A stretch of 64,000 nucleotides of DNA. It comes from Chrysomallon squamiferum (taxonomy: Eukaryota > Animalia > Mollusca). This document shows positions 1-14,240 of this stretch, in pieces (position 1 is the stretch's first letter; the number at the start of each line of letters is the position of its first letter). Made by a program: the position numbers and the translations under genes. The notes below the pieces were generated by a model. The model was given only the letters and a program-made list of their open reading frames with translations. It was not told the DNA's origin and did not search any database. Location: the NCBI GenBank assembly GCA_012295275.1, contig CM022673.1, forward strand, positions 5,518,001 through 5,582,000, in the 5' to 3' direction.

Positions 1-306
1 TTAGTGAGCCAAATACGACGCATTAAAAATATAAAAACAATAACATATTTTGGCTATGATGCTAAAAATGTTTTTAAAAAGTTATTCTTAATCGATAATT
101 TCACCAATTAAAATGTCATCTAAGGTTTACCGAAAAAAATAGTGTAAATTAATTATTTTAAAACTCCTAGCTTCTCCCGTAAGCGATGATAATAAAAACT
201 ATGTGAATAAAATAACAAGTTCATTACGATGCTCAGAAGGAGACATTGTTTTTCATGACGTCATTACGTAGATTAGAAATAAATTCCACAACACTAAATT
301 TCTTAC

Positions 307-445
307 TTCTGAGTGTGTTGTCAGTGGTAGTTTCTCCCAGAGTTATGTACATATATTTTATTTTTGTGTTGTCTACGAAGAAAATATAGGCAGTAAAAAG
401 CAAAGCGGCAGCGAAAATCAGAACTGCGAAAAAAAGTCGATTCAT
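307..445 (-). CDS. Probable first coding exon of a type II membrane protein (signal-anchor N-terminus, glycosyltransferase/sulfotransferase-like topology); gene would continue past the left edge
   Basis: MNRLFFAVLIFAAALLFTAYIFF is a short basic tail plus hydrophobic anchor. Strong acceptor (tttttgcag) at ~472 just upstream of the ATG; candidate donor A|gtaaga at 306. No family motif visible. Confidence 0.35.
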
Positions 446-527
446 TCGAAACAGTGAAGCTTTTTGGTTACCTGCAAAAACAAAAATTAAATATATTAAA
501 AATCAAGTTATCATCATTAGAAACATG

Positions 528-567
<40 letters not shown>

Positions 568-954
568 TATTTCGTTTTATTTATTTATTTATTTATTATT
601 GTTTTTGTTTTTGTTTTATTGATATTATTATATTGTTGTTGTTTATGATATTGACGTAGATTATGTTAGGTATCAGTCACAGAGTTAATATTATTTGCTT
701 CTTCTTCATATATATATATATATCACTAACTGAAAGTGGAGTTATCGTTATTATCATATTTATTATTATATTTATTGTTTGTCTATTCTTTTTTATTCTT
801 TTTTATTTGTTTCACTGTGTGGTTGGGGCGCACATACGCTCTTTTTTATTTTATTGTTTTGTTAGAATTTTCATTTTTACTTTCGCGTTTTTTTCTTTAT
901 TATTATTATTATTAATTCATTAATTAATTTATTTATTTATTTATTGATTGATCG

Positions 955-1029
955 ATTTTTTATTATTATTATTATTATTAATTTATTTATTTATTTATTT
1001 ATTTATCGATTTATTATTAGTATTATTAC

Positions 1030-1090
<61 letters not shown>
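955..1090. repeat. (ATT)n/(ATTT)n microsatellite
   Basis: Seen directly; generates the poly-I/poly-L ORFs. Confidence 0.95.
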
Positions 1091-1092
<2 letters not shown>

Positions 1093-1514
1093 AAATTGTC
1101 GAAACGATATTAATACTCATGGCAGATTAATTTTTATTATTAAGATTTATTTATTAAAGGCATCGATGATGTGTTTTTCTTTTAATTCTATAAATTCTTT
1201 TTGTATACCTACTATTATAAGTTACATTTTTTTAGTCTTGCCAATGAATAAAGATGTTCTGTAGTTTTTCATATTAATATTCACTAAACAGGAATGAGAT
1301 ACAAATTCTTTCGTTTTAACTTAAATATTTAATGGGATAACATTTCTGTAACATAGCAACGCTGTTCTTGATAGAAGTAAACTGAAACAACATTCCGTCT
1401 GAGGTAGTCGTGCATCATTTATAATTTCTAAAAGTCATGAAAAGAAAAACTACTTTATCAAACATAAAATGTAAAAACATAAAAGTAAAAGTGGACCTAA
1501 ATAGAGTTGCTTGG

Positions 1515-1616
<102 letters not shown>

Positions 1617-3064
1617 ACACACACGCACGCACACGCACCCGCAACCACACACTCACTGGGGTATTTAGAAATCCCGTGACTAATTTCTACCTGCGAAATA
1701 AATTCAGGATTAATGCTTCGTTATAACGTTACGCCAGGAAATACTGCATAGATTAGCCTGGATTGTTTGAAATGTGAGAAGTATCGATTTTCTTTACATT
1801 TACATTACTAAAGTCAATAAATATATATATATATATATATGCATAGTAGTCAATAATATTATTTTTACGAAACAATTTCATAATTGTTTATATTTTACAA
1901 TAAACACAGCTTATGCAAATAACCATATTGCTGAGAAAAAAATGTATGTATTTCTGAATATAATCTACATATCTATGTCACGGGCAGAATAATAAACATT
2001 TACCGCAGTCTTGCATACACATTGTCATTGTAATGAACATAATCTCTATATTAATATCAGTACTAACTTTGGCTGCTCAGTGATGTAATTAGAAATCAAA
2101 ATAAAATATTTTAGAAAAATTAATTTGCAGTAGTTTGAGTTTATATCGTAGTAAACAAACATTATGAGTAAAAAAAAAAAAAAAAATGAATTTCATTTCA
2201 AGGGTCGTTCTAAGGGGTAGATTTTCGGGCATTATGTATGAGAGTTTAAATAAGGCTGGTTCGATTACATGCTGCAAAGTCAGTGTTGTAAATCTCAGTC
2301 AAATATTAATTTTCAATGTCTAAAAATAAATACTTGTTTACGTGCATGAAATTCAATTTCTAATTCCTTCCGTTTCGTCATTCACAGTGAAAGACGTCAA
2401 CCTACATACTTTCATACAGCGATAATGTTGTTGATAGGTAACATTCGAACAATAAAAAGAAATGTCTGTGTTTATTTATATGTTCACTGAAGGTCAGAAG
2501 AAATAAACAGCGTTTTCAGAAAATCGAGAGTATGTGAAAATATCACGAACCACTTCTACCTATGGACGCAGAACTTCAAAAGAAGAAAAGGGAAAGTTGC
2601 AATAAAATCTTCCACTAACAACCGGTTTTAAAAGTGTTCACTTTCGGTTTTAATAACTGGAAATTACAGTTTTGTGGTAACAAAACAACAGCGGAATAGT
2701 ACAGTAAAAGGTGGAGGTCCAGTTAATACAAAATATGTCTTTTCTCAGCTCGCAAAGTTTTGAAAGGAAGTCAGTGATTTTCATTCTTTCTTGTTCATCT
2801 TTAATTTTAACCTTCATCGTAACCTTTGGGTCAAACATATGAACGTCCTATACTTACAATATTAAAGAAGTTACAACATAATAAATGATGATGTTTAACA
2901 TGCTCAGAATTTTAAAAACGTTTGATTTATGTACTATTTAATGTACTAAAAACTGTTCCTAAAAAATTTCTACTTTTTTATTTTCTATTATATTAATGAT
3001 AAAAAAAAAAAAATAATAATAATAATAATAATAAAATTTTATATGTCAGTATCTATCTTAACCA

Positions 3065-3095
<31 letters not shown>

Positions 3096-3708
3096 GTGCG
3101 ATCACAATTTGTTTTTATTTATGCAAGACAAAGTAAAGTCAGTTTCTGACACTAGAATTAAATGCATCATAAAAATGTAAGAGGTTATTTACAGGACTCA
3201 GTGAGGTCTGATTTCCACGAATGGGGTGGGGGTGCAATATCTCTGCCTTGATCCAGGCACTGGCACGCCAAGCTACTTCTCTCCACCAAGACAGTTAACA
3301 ATGGTAACCAAGACAGCGGAAGGTCGGTGTCGTGGTGAATATGGCTGGTTCGATTGCATGCTGCAAGGTTAGTGTTGTAAGTCTCAGTCAAATATTAATG
3401 TCGGTGTCGTGTTAAAATTTGAACACGCGATAGAACAAGTCCGTAATTCTCGATTCAAAAGCCAGAACAGATTTTTGAGATTTTAGCGATACAATGAGAG
3501 AGCGAAACAGCAATTCTACTACTAATATTTACCAGTGTCGCAAAGTTTACATTGGACAAAAATCACGAAGGAGAAATGTTTTGATTTACCTACTACTATA
3601 AAAAAAATTACAGTAACAGCACGTCCCGTCATAGCTTATTAAGAAAACCTGAAACTAAAAGATATTGTAATATCTACACGATTTTCCTAATAAAGACATC
3701 CTGCATAA

Positions 3709-3751
<43 letters not shown>

Positions 3752-4491
3752 TAATAAAATTATGTTTAAATATGTTTTACGAATAAATTTAGTAAAAAGG
3801 TGTGGAAATGTTTTGAAATGTTTCCAAGGATATGTGTTAATTTTAAAAAAAAAACCATTGAATGAGATGTTTTTTTTTTTTTACCCATAAATATTGAAAA
3901 AAGATATTTCAGTGTTCTAGAAATATATTTGTTTACATTAGTGAACGCCTCTATTAATCCAGATACGTCATATGATGAGATTAATTTCAACAAAAAAATA
4001 TTTTAAAATTATATGTACATAAAGGAGTAGCATATTTACTTGTTTTTGTTTTTTTATTGGTTGCAATTTATTAATAGGTATCAAGTATTCTTTCAAACTG
4101 CATTTTATTTTTTATTGCTTTCTTTAATCGAAAATATAATACTAGTAATAATAACAACAACAGCAACAAAAATAACAACAACAATAACAACAACAACAAC
4201 AACAACAACAACAATAATAATAATAATATGATTATTAACTAAATTGTTAATTCAGATTCAAGAGCTTTGACTGAATTACTGCATTATTTGCCTGGCAATT
4301 AAAATATTTTTCCCAATGTTTCAATTTTATACAATGAATTCCGTAATAAAATATACATTCTTTTGCAAAATGCAATCCGAGTATGGTTGTGTAAATAAAC
4401 AGACATTTGAGATCATCCTGTACGGTGATAAACTACATCTCAGAGATTATAAGTAATACAAAATAAAATTTAAATAAAAAAATAGAAAACA

Positions 4492-4522
<31 letters not shown>

Positions 4523-5159
4523 GTAACCCAAAACAACACAGGATGCTTAGTAAAATATGTCATTGCTTTCGATTTACAATCAGTAAAGCCAGGAAATTAA
4601 TAAAATATCTTAAATGCGTTTATGATGATGAGGGGAGTAAAGTCAAGGCATTCACGATCGACAAAAGAAAGGCTGCTGTCGAAATTAATTATTTCGTAAG
4701 ATCCATCCTAAACAGGTCTACGCCCCGGAACGAATTCATGAATAGTTTATGAATATTTCGTCCGTTGGAATTCCGGTCACTAAGGTGATGGTGGAACGAA
4801 GATATTAAGAAGAAGAATGAAGGGGAAAAAAAAAAAAAAAAAAAAAAAGAAGCGTGTCAAAACCAGGTATTCTGAAAAACCGGTGATGAATTTCTTGTAA
4901 AGAAAAAGCAATCTCGACGCTTTCTGTTTGATGATTTGTATACCGGACAGGTAATCCTTCAATAGATATCATATCCCATAACAATAAATACTAAAACAAA
5001 AAAAAACCCAGTAAGGACAAATGAATGTAACGGATTAAGGTGTGTATACCACCAGTGTTAATCAATCTATGGCCTGTTTTGTCCTTGTCCTGTCTGTCAA
5101 GTCATTAACACTAAAACATTTTCACTGTAACTGAAACCGGAGATATTGATTTTATTAAG

Positions 5160-5194
<35 letters not shown>

Positions 5195-5578
5195 ATATGT
5201 CTTTGTAGTGAAAGAAGTGGTGAAGTCCACTGTTTGTATTTATTTCAGAGGCAAAATTTAGCTGCAGAAATAAACTGGTTAATACATTGATTGATTGTGA
5301 GAGAATAATTGATGACATCCCTGCTGTTTGTGACAGTTTTATGCTTTTTATTCTGCGGTTCTCTGTTGTCGTTCTTCCAATACAGACAACATTCGTGTCT
5401 GAACTCTTTAATTTATTATTTTATAGGCTTGTTTACGTTCGCCTCACTGAACACTGTTAATTGATTAATTAGTTATTAAACACAATATTTAAGAATTTTA
5501 ATAAATTAAATATCATGTCATAAAAATTACGGTTTAATTTATTAAACTAATACGAAAAAACCCAAAAAAAAAAAAAAA

Positions 5579-5624
<46 letters not shown>

Positions 5625-6859
5625 TGTTCACAATAACAGTCTCAACAGCTGACATCATATTTTTTTTTCACTTTCTGAATTTTTTTTTAAAAATCATTAA
5701 TTATTTAATTAAAAAACTGAAGTGTTTTTTATATTAAATACTAACTACAACAGTAATAATAATAATAACGAAAATGCATAAACAATACATACATACATAA
5801 ACAGAGACACGCTAACAAAATATATGCATACACATACGCACACGGGTGTGTGCACACATACACTCATTCATACACACACATATTCAATATATACCACATT
5901 TCTAATATCTCTATTAAAATACGTAAACACATACAGATACAGAGAGAAAAGAAAGAAAAATTGTAATAAAAATACTTACCCATAATCGTTTTTACTTTAA
6001 AACAACAGAATCCTTTATGTAATAATCCAAGCAACTATTAGTTTTTCTTTATAACTCTTTTTATATATATATATATATATACTTTTTTATTTGAATGACA
6101 TTTTTGTTGTAGTAATTATTGATCCATAAAAATTATTTCACATCTGTTGCTTCTGTGTTTCTGATTATGAGTGTCTGTCTCTCTATCCCTCTCTCTCTCT
6201 CTCTCTGTGTATCTCGTGCGAGATCGGTTTCAAACAGGACACAAAGACTAGCTGTTGATATTTCTGTTGTTCACCTCGGTCACGTTACAACGAGCAGACC
6301 ACTAGAAATTCAGGTTTGACCCTCCTTTTCATTGGACGGCTTTGTGCATGTTATAAAGAATCTCTTCCTCTTTCTCTCTCTATCTCTCTCCGTGTGTATG
6401 TGTGTATGCAAGCTCAATTATTTTTCTCTCTCTCTCTATTTTTTTATATGAATATAAATGTTTTATTGTATTAATTTTTTAATGGCAGTTTAATGAAAGG
6501 GCGGGAATACAAGTATAATTACATATTTTAGCTCCCACAATTTATACACCAGTTCAGTTCTTACATTTTCTATTTAGCACAGTTGTTATTTTATCTCCAG
6601 GCGATCACACAGCGGTGTTACAGTAACTGGTTTTTATGGTGGCGATGATGATGATGATGATTGTCGCTGTGGTAATACAAGGATGATAAGAAGGAAACTA
6701 AAACCATGACGCTGATGCTGGCAGGTGTTGTCATTGTTTTAACGATAGCTGCGACGTGATGGTTAAAAACAAAATTAATGAAAACTGTGGTTGATTGTTA
6801 TTAAAATACCACTGTGATCATGCGAGGATGAGAAAGGTGATCATAATAACCATGTTTCC

Positions 6860-6921
6860 GGTCAATATATGTGCGTGTGTATGTGTGTATGTGTATGTGT
6901 ATGTATGTGTGTATAAATGTA

Positions 6922-6957
<36 letters not shown>

Positions 6958-7434
6958 TATGCATGTATGTGTGTGTATGTATATATGTACGTATGTATGC
7001 ATGTATATATGCATGTATTTATGATTAATATGTATGTTTGTATGTATGTATGTATGTATATATGTATGTATATATATATTTGTTCTTGTGTATGCATGCA
7101 TATATAATTTTTATATATCCATTAGCGTACGTAACGTAAGTTTATTATTATTCATTTATGGTACGTCTTTAATTTATGTTTTTTACATTGTTATTTCCTG
7201 TCATTACATTTTGAATTGTGTTTCACGTACAATGAAAATCGTTACAGTGCAGCTGATTAACGCACAGCTGTGGGTTTTAGTGATACATCATCAACAAGTG
7301 GCAGAACGCTTTAGAGATGAGGTAGATTTCAAAATAAATAATTGTTTTATGTGTGTGAACCTATCTAACAGAATGGCCAGGAAGGCGGTCTTTATTGACA
7401 TGTAGAAGAGGTATCTCAAAAAGTATGTTTGACA

Positions 7435-7488
<54 letters not shown>

Positions 7489-7531
7489 GTATTTATGTAT
7501 GTATGTATGTATGTGTATATATATATATATA

Positions 7532-7584
<53 letters not shown>

Positions 7585-7615
7585 GTATATCTGAATGTAT
7601 GTATATACATATATA
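6860..7615. repeat. Two compound (TA)n/(TATG)n/(TG)n microsatellite blocks (~6860-7110 and ~7437-7615)
   Basis: Seen directly. Confidence 0.9.
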
Positions 7616-8189
7616 ACAGGGAATAACTGGTTTGGCTACTGTTTTAAGGTTTTATCTTGCGAAGGTTAAAATGCCGAATGCAGCGAGGCTCTGCAATTCG
7701 CCATCCGACTTAAGACAGTGACCGGTTACTTCTTTTATCCTGCAATCCTAAATAATATAAAAAAAAAAAAAAAAAAAAAAAAACACGAGTAATAGAGTCA
7801 CACTTATTGATGTCGTTGTCCACCTACAAAAATTCTATACATCGAAAAAAAAAAAAAGATCTAGAATAACAATAAGTTATTTGTTTGTTTTTTTTAAAAT
7901 GAAAAGCGATTTCAAGAGCAGTGATTGTGTGTTTGTGACTGTGTGTGTGAATAACAAGTAATGTATCGATGTAACAAACAGTTCATCGCAGAAAGCTAAT
8001 TTTGATCGAAAACACAGACATTTATGCAGTTATCATATCTTGCCACAGTGACTAGTTATTTATTTATTTATATATTTATTATGGACACTTTTGTCCATTT
8101 CATGTCATCATTTCCTAAAGTAATTTATTTTTAATAACATTTTTCGAATAAAGCATGGAAATAAATAAAGAAAGAATGAAAAGGAGATG

Positions 8190-8760
8190 CAGTAGTAGTT
8201 GTTGTAGTAGTACTAGTAATGGTGGTAGTAGTAGTAGTTGTAGTAACAGTAGTAGTAGTAGTACTAGTAGTAGTAGTAGTAGTGACAGTAGTAGTAGTAA
8301 TAATAATAATAGTAGTTGTAGTAGTAATAATAGTAGCAATAGTAATAGTTGTAGTAGCAGTAGTAGTAGTAACGGTAATAGCAGTAGCAGTAGTAGTAGT
8401 AGTAGTAATAGTTGTAGTAGTAATAGTAGTAGTACTACCAGTACCAGTACTAGTAATATTAGTAACAGAAGCAATACTAGTAGTAATAGTAGTAGTAATA
8501 ATAGTGATAGCAGCAATAGCACTAGTAGTAGTAATAGTAGTACTAGTAATAGTAGTAGTGGTAGTAATAGTACAAGTAATAGTAGTAGTGGTAATAATAG
8601 TACAAGTAATAGTAGTAGTGGTAGTAATAGTACAAGTAATAGTAGTAGTGACAGTAATAGTACAAGTAATAGCAGTAGTGGTAGTAATAATAGTAGTAGT
8701 AGCAGTAGCAGTAATAGTTGTAACAGTAGTAGCATTAGCAGTGGCAATACCAGTAGTTTA
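8190..8760. repeat. Degenerate (AGT)n tract with a higher-order 30-bp unit
   Basis: agt/aat/agc triplets; unit agtagtagtggtagtaatagtacaagtaat repeated ~4-5 times at ~8550-8690. Confidence 0.92.
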
Positions 8761-8931
8761 GTTGCAGATTCATTCAAACGGTTTAATTATACACAGTCGA
8801 ATGAATAATGTATTTTTAATACACTGCAGCACGCAGTAAAACCTCCGCGGTGCTTGCAGCATCGCATTAATTAACATCAAATAAATTAATTATATAATCA
8901 TAAGGTGTGCGTACACGGGTACCTAATTCTT

Positions 8932-8989
<58 letters not shown>

Positions 8990-9346
8990 GTTTATATGAC
9001 TTCTTTCTTTGTGTGTGTGTGTGTGTATGACCTGAAAGACTTTGTAATAAGTCATTTACAGAGTTATCGGGAAATACTGAGTGAAAAAAAAAAAAAAAAC
9101 ATACGGGAAATCCAGTATGGCCGAAATCCTAAACGTGAATGAAAATTTACCATTATGGACAGAAGTAAACATAAATGCGACACCGTGTTATTTACCGTAA
9201 TATTATTTCTCATTGTTGGCGTCGGAAATTTATTTTGACATCTGTAGGTCTTAACATTATATAAAGTTATTAATGAAATACTGAGCTCTGAGCAAAAGCT
9301 GTAATGACTTATTGTGAAAATTGTAGTGAAAAAAAAATAGTATATA

Positions 9347-9385
<39 letters not shown>

Positions 9386-9900
9386 ATCAAATTAAACCAA
9401 ATTAAATAAATAAATAATTAACAACAGAGGAATTTTTATAGTAAATACAAAGTATTATCTAAGTTATTTTGTTCCCGAAACTCTAATCACCTTCCTAAAT
9501 TTGAGTTTGCATGATCGATCTACTGGTATCCCTAAACTAATCCCAGATTAACTAAAAGTGGTAGTTAGAACTTCTCCGATTAGTTTTGTTTTTAGTGTTT
9601 TCTAGTTCTTGTGTACGATGCTATCTTGAAGCAAATATACAGTAACTAAATACTGTTAACTGAATACTGTAACATACGATTAAACCATGCTATTTTTTAT
9701 TTTTTTTTATTTTTTTTATTTTTTATATATATTAATAATATCAGTAAACATACCAAAATCAATCAATATCGTTTTCAACTGTGTTTACTTATTTTCAAAT
9801 ACGATGTTTTGTTACTATTATGGCGGTTTTAACTTGTTTTCTTTTAATTATCGTGAACAGAAATAACTAAAATAATATTAACGTTAGTCTCATTTATCTT

Positions 9901-9933
<33 letters not shown>

Positions 9934-10022
9934 TTCAGTATAAATGTATAAACAATTTATATGTCCTTGTTAGTGTTAATAAAAAGATTGAATTAGAAAG
10001 AGAAATACATGGAAATTGAGCC

Positions 10023-10135
<113 letters not shown>

Positions 10136-10404
10136 TAACATTAAACGAACAAAATAATGCAAAACCGAGAAACAAGGTTTAGTTTGAATACCATCTGTTA
10201 CAATTCAGAGAGGCAGTTTAACATAAATAACTATCTGATTACATGAGACAGATACGAAACTATCATTTTCCTGATATTAACTTAAATCATAAACTTACAA
10301 CGTTGTTGATAAATATTAGAACTTTTGACGATTTAAATAATTAATTTTAGAATCTATAACTTCCGAAATCAAACAACATAGTCTTTTAGTTTTAACTGAA
10401 ATAA

Positions 10405-10625
10405 ACCTAATTTTCTAAATAATTATATAAAATTGTCGTTCTTCTCCTAAATAGTTATAAAACGCCGATATTCTGCAACTAAATAATTATAGTAAGTCGA
10501 CGTTCTGCTACTAAAATTATATAAAGTTGACATTCTGCTCCTAAATAATTATATAAAAGATTTAAAAGATCGACGTTCTGCTACTAAATAATTATAAATA
10601 GTCGACGTTCTAGTACTAAATAATA
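10405..10625. repeat. Degenerate ~30-33 bp minisatellite
   Basis: Unit like ttctgctactaaataattataaatagtcgacg, ~6-7 copies. Confidence 0.8.
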
Positions 10626-11669
10626 GTGTGTGTGTGTGTGTGTGTGTGCGTGTGCGTGCGTATGTGCGTGCACATATATTCATTTACAGAAAATTTTCAT
10701 TTAGTAAAAAATACTTGTTAATATTAATGTGAATAAATCTAACGTTACGTAACTGCGCTAATGAAAATGATTGAAGTTCGAGATACTGAAATTTAATGTT
10801 ATTTTACAATTATTACCACAACCGCGTGTTTTCTTTTGTAGACAGGCATCGAGGCTAACAAACACATAAACCGAACTAACACAATAAACGTGTACTCGAA
10901 TGAACCTGGACGTTTCATGTCTCTGATCCTTGGAAGATACGCTAAAATAATGTTTTGTTTGTTTGTTTCTGAAGTCTGTCGCTAGTAACATTTAAAAATA
11001 TTTTATGGTCATTTCTTATATTATTTCCTGTTGTTGTTGTTTTTTTTTTTTTATTTTTTTTTTTTTTTTTTTTTTTTTTATTATTATTCAAGTGCATTTT
11101 GAAATTCGAATCAATCAGTTTTATTTTGCGGCTCTTAGTTACCTAGGTACGTAGCTACCTGAAGTAAGACACTCTTTAATGTTTTATGAATTTTATTATT
11201 ATTTGTTATTATATCTTTGTGTCCTTCTTTCTTCTCTACCAAAAATAGTTAACGATGCTGTGATGAAGCTGTGTAGTAAATTAATACAGAGATAACACAC
11301 GCATGCAGATGATAAAGTATCACTGAAAGTAATTTTTTAAAACTCGGCTGCATATCGTATGGTTTTTATGGTCAGTCGTTTTGTTAGTTTAGTTGATTAA
11401 AATAATAATAATAATAATCATAAAATAAAAATGAATATATAAAATAGAATAACTTCATTTACAGAAATTGAGAAAAGAAAAGAGAATAAGCCTTGTCACG
11501 AAAAGAATGACGATTATTTTTTTCCCAATCTGAAACCTGTTTTCTTAACCATTCGTTGTATTCAGTAAATATGGATGTTTCTGACACAAATTCTATTCTC
11601 TACTATACTATGCTATGCTATGATGGTCGTAACTAGGATCTTTTTGAAATGAGGCAAAAACGCTTAATC

Positions 11670-12035
11670 ACAATAGCAGATGTAACCAACAACTGAACCA
11701 CAACACCAGATGTAACCAACAACTGAACCACAACACCAGATGTAACCAACAACTGAATCTCTATAACAGATGTAACTAACAACTGAATCTCTATAACAGA
11801 TGTAACCAACAACTGAATCTCTATAACAGATGTAACCAACAACTGAATCTCTATAATAGATGTAACCAACAATTGAATCTCTATAACAGATGTAACCAAC
11901 AACTGAATCTCTCTAACAGATGTAACCAACAACTGAATCTCTATAACAGATGTAACCAACAACTGAATCTCTCTAACAGATGTAACCAACATCTGAATCA
12001 CGCCACCAGATATAACCAACAACTGAATCACAATA
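11670..12035. repeat. 30-bp minisatellite, ~12 copies
   Basis: Unit agatgtaaccaacaactgaatctctataac, near-perfect; explains the IEIQLLVTSV ORF. Confidence 0.95.
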
Positions 12036-12074
12036 ATTAGCATATACTGTTTTTATTATAAGTAAATAACGTTC

Positions 12075-12440
12075 ATTTGACCACATTTTTATCCAGAGAT
12101 AAATGTTCATCAGCTGTCTCCCTACTGATTTCGGTTTAGATAAACTGATGACACACAGATAACTGAATAATTCTTATACTTAGTAGCCAGCAAATGTGAC
12201 AAATGAGAAAACGATAAATGCTTGTCAGCTGGCACCTGTCTTCCTATTGATTTCAGTTTAGATACACTAATGACGTAAGATAACAGAATAATTATAATAC
12301 TTAGCAACCAACAAATGTGACCATTTATCGAGAGATAAATGTTTGTCAGCTGGCACCTGTCTTCCTGTTGATATCAGTTTAGAGATACTGATCGCATACA
12401 GATAACTGAATAAATTATAATAATTAGCAACTGTGACCAT
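12075..12440. repeat. ~120-bp tandem repeat, ~3 copies
   Basis: gataaatg...cagctg(gcacctg)tcttcct...tttcagtttagata...gataactgaataa recurs near 12098, 12213 and 12335. Confidence 0.8.
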
Positions 12441-12669
12441 TTAATGATAAGGAGCATTTATCGTTGATCTGAATGTGAATAAATCTATTTCAGGTACGTC
12501 CATCATGAATAAGTCTAAACGCTTATAAGTAAAATCCACTTCTAATGTTCATTACTTTGGTTTATAAAATGAAATTAGATGTTTTTCTTGTAATTTAAAA
12601 TGAACAAGCAGATTTTAGTTGCAACAGTGGTCATTAAAAACACAATACTGGCCGAACCTGAACTTTATA

Positions 12670-13411
12670 CAGTGGTACCTTGACTTACGAGTTGAATTCA
12701 TTCCGTGACCAAGCTCGTATCTTAATTTGCTCGTATATCAAATCAATTTTCCCAATTGAAATTAACTGAATTACCATTAATCCGTTCCAGGCATAAAAAA
12801 AAACCATCTTTGTAATTTTTTATTTTAATTGTATTTGTAACGTGTTTTTAAATAAGAAAAATGTATTTATAAATGACAAATACTGTATGAAAACCAAATA
12901 TAAGAAGAGAATGTAAAGAAATAAATTGGTTTTGTAAAATGTATTTATCTTGGAGATCAGACATTATTTTAACACCTTTGGCTAGAGTTACAGCCTTTAT
13001 CGACTCCTTCAGCTTCAGTATGGTACAACCTTGTCCTGCCTATCCAAGTCGACTACATGCACACCTCGCTCATGTTTTTCTATGAATTCAAGCTTTAAAT
13101 CAATGGACATCATCTGCGTCTTCTTCTCAGCCCTGTCCTTTGCACTCACTTTCTTAGAATCTATGCCAGAAATGAGAAATTTGGCAAAATACTGCTCAAT
13201 ACGCGAGCACAACACAACAGAGATGCTGCCATGGTGAGTTAATCACGTGAAGTAAATGAGTGAGATGTGGGGGTTGCAGGCTGGATTATATGTTGTTTGT
13301 TGTGACAACTTGCTTGCTCGTAACTCGGATCTTGGCTAGCAACTCAAAGCAAAAACTAGACCAGGCGACTGCTTGTAAACCGAAAAAAAACTCGTAAGTT
13401 GGGGCAATATG
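12670..13411 (-). mobile_element. Internally deleted Tigger/pogo (Tc1-mariner superfamily) DNA transposon
   Basis: TA followed by left TIR CAGTGGTACCTTGACTTACGAGT; degenerate right end actcgtaagttggggc at 13390. Minus-strand remnant SKKVSAKDRAEKKTQMMSIDLKLEFIEKHERGVHVVDL resembles the N-terminal HTH-psq of Tigger transposases; no DDD domain. Confidence 0.85.
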
Positions 13412-13414
13412 AAC

Positions 13415-13900
13415 AAGTCATTTAAACATTTTAAAAAGCTTGACTTTGCATGTAAAAACAATATAAACATGTCGTTTAGATATTTTATGAAGTCTGACTT
13501 TGATTCTAATTCCATCTTTGTAAAAGATGAGTTTATCAAAATTAATATGATTATATATGTAAACAAATATGTCTGAAGCAATGTTGACTACCATGTGAAC
13601 TGAAGAAGCATTAATGAACAAATCTTTTAAATATTTTATGGAGCTTGACTTTATATGTATCAAGAAATGTTGATTATTATATCAATCAAAAAAAAACCCA
13701 GCATGAACATGTGATTTAAACAATTTTTTTTTATTAAGCTTGATGTTATAATGAAATGCTGAAAATCACGTCAACCTCAGAAGTAAGTGATTTAAATATT
13801 TTATCAACAGAATACTTTACAAGCAAGCACAGCTTTATATGTATGAAGTAATATTGATTATTATGTCAACCAAAGAAGAAATACACACAAGAATACTTTA
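13415..13900. repeat. Degenerate tandem repeat downstream of calpain-7
   Basis: aaca(a/t)gt(c/g)atttaaa(c/t)atttt...agcttgacttt recurs ~5 times. Confidence 0.6.
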
Positions 13901-14240
13901 TCTGTGGAATATTTAAGATAACATCTGTCAGTGCTATCATTTAGTATCACAGTTTGTCAGGATTTGCCACCAAATCACGAGGGCATCCTCGAAACTGAAA
14001 ACTGTCCACTGCTGATTAGATCTGTTAAAACTCTTCAACAAATTAACAATTCATCCAAATTAAAAGTGAAATTCACTGATGGTCAAGAAATTGACAATTC
14101 GACGTGGATCATCTCTGAAGCTTTCTGGTGTTTCAGAAACTGGATCTCCAGCCAGTCATTTTAATTTGCTGATGGTTATTAAACACTGATGGTTTATCTG
14201 CAGCAGCTGATGGTTAAGAAGCTGCAGATTTGTTGGATTA

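Noticed and set aside
2650-4962. Short ORFs at 2650-2838, 3185-3391, 4543-4752 and 4780-4962 as exons
   Set aside because: No recognisable motif or consistent splice/phase chain; could be UTR exons or TE debris but unsupported
8115-8808. Long Ser-, Val- and Leu-rich ORFs (180-220 aa)
   Set aside because: They are readings of an (AGT)n microsatellite open in several frames; no splice or domain support
11633-12043. 30-bp repeat array as a CRISPR array or repeat protein
   Set aside because: Head-to-tail units with no unique spacers, eukaryotic context, no cas genes; the ORF results from a period divisible by 3
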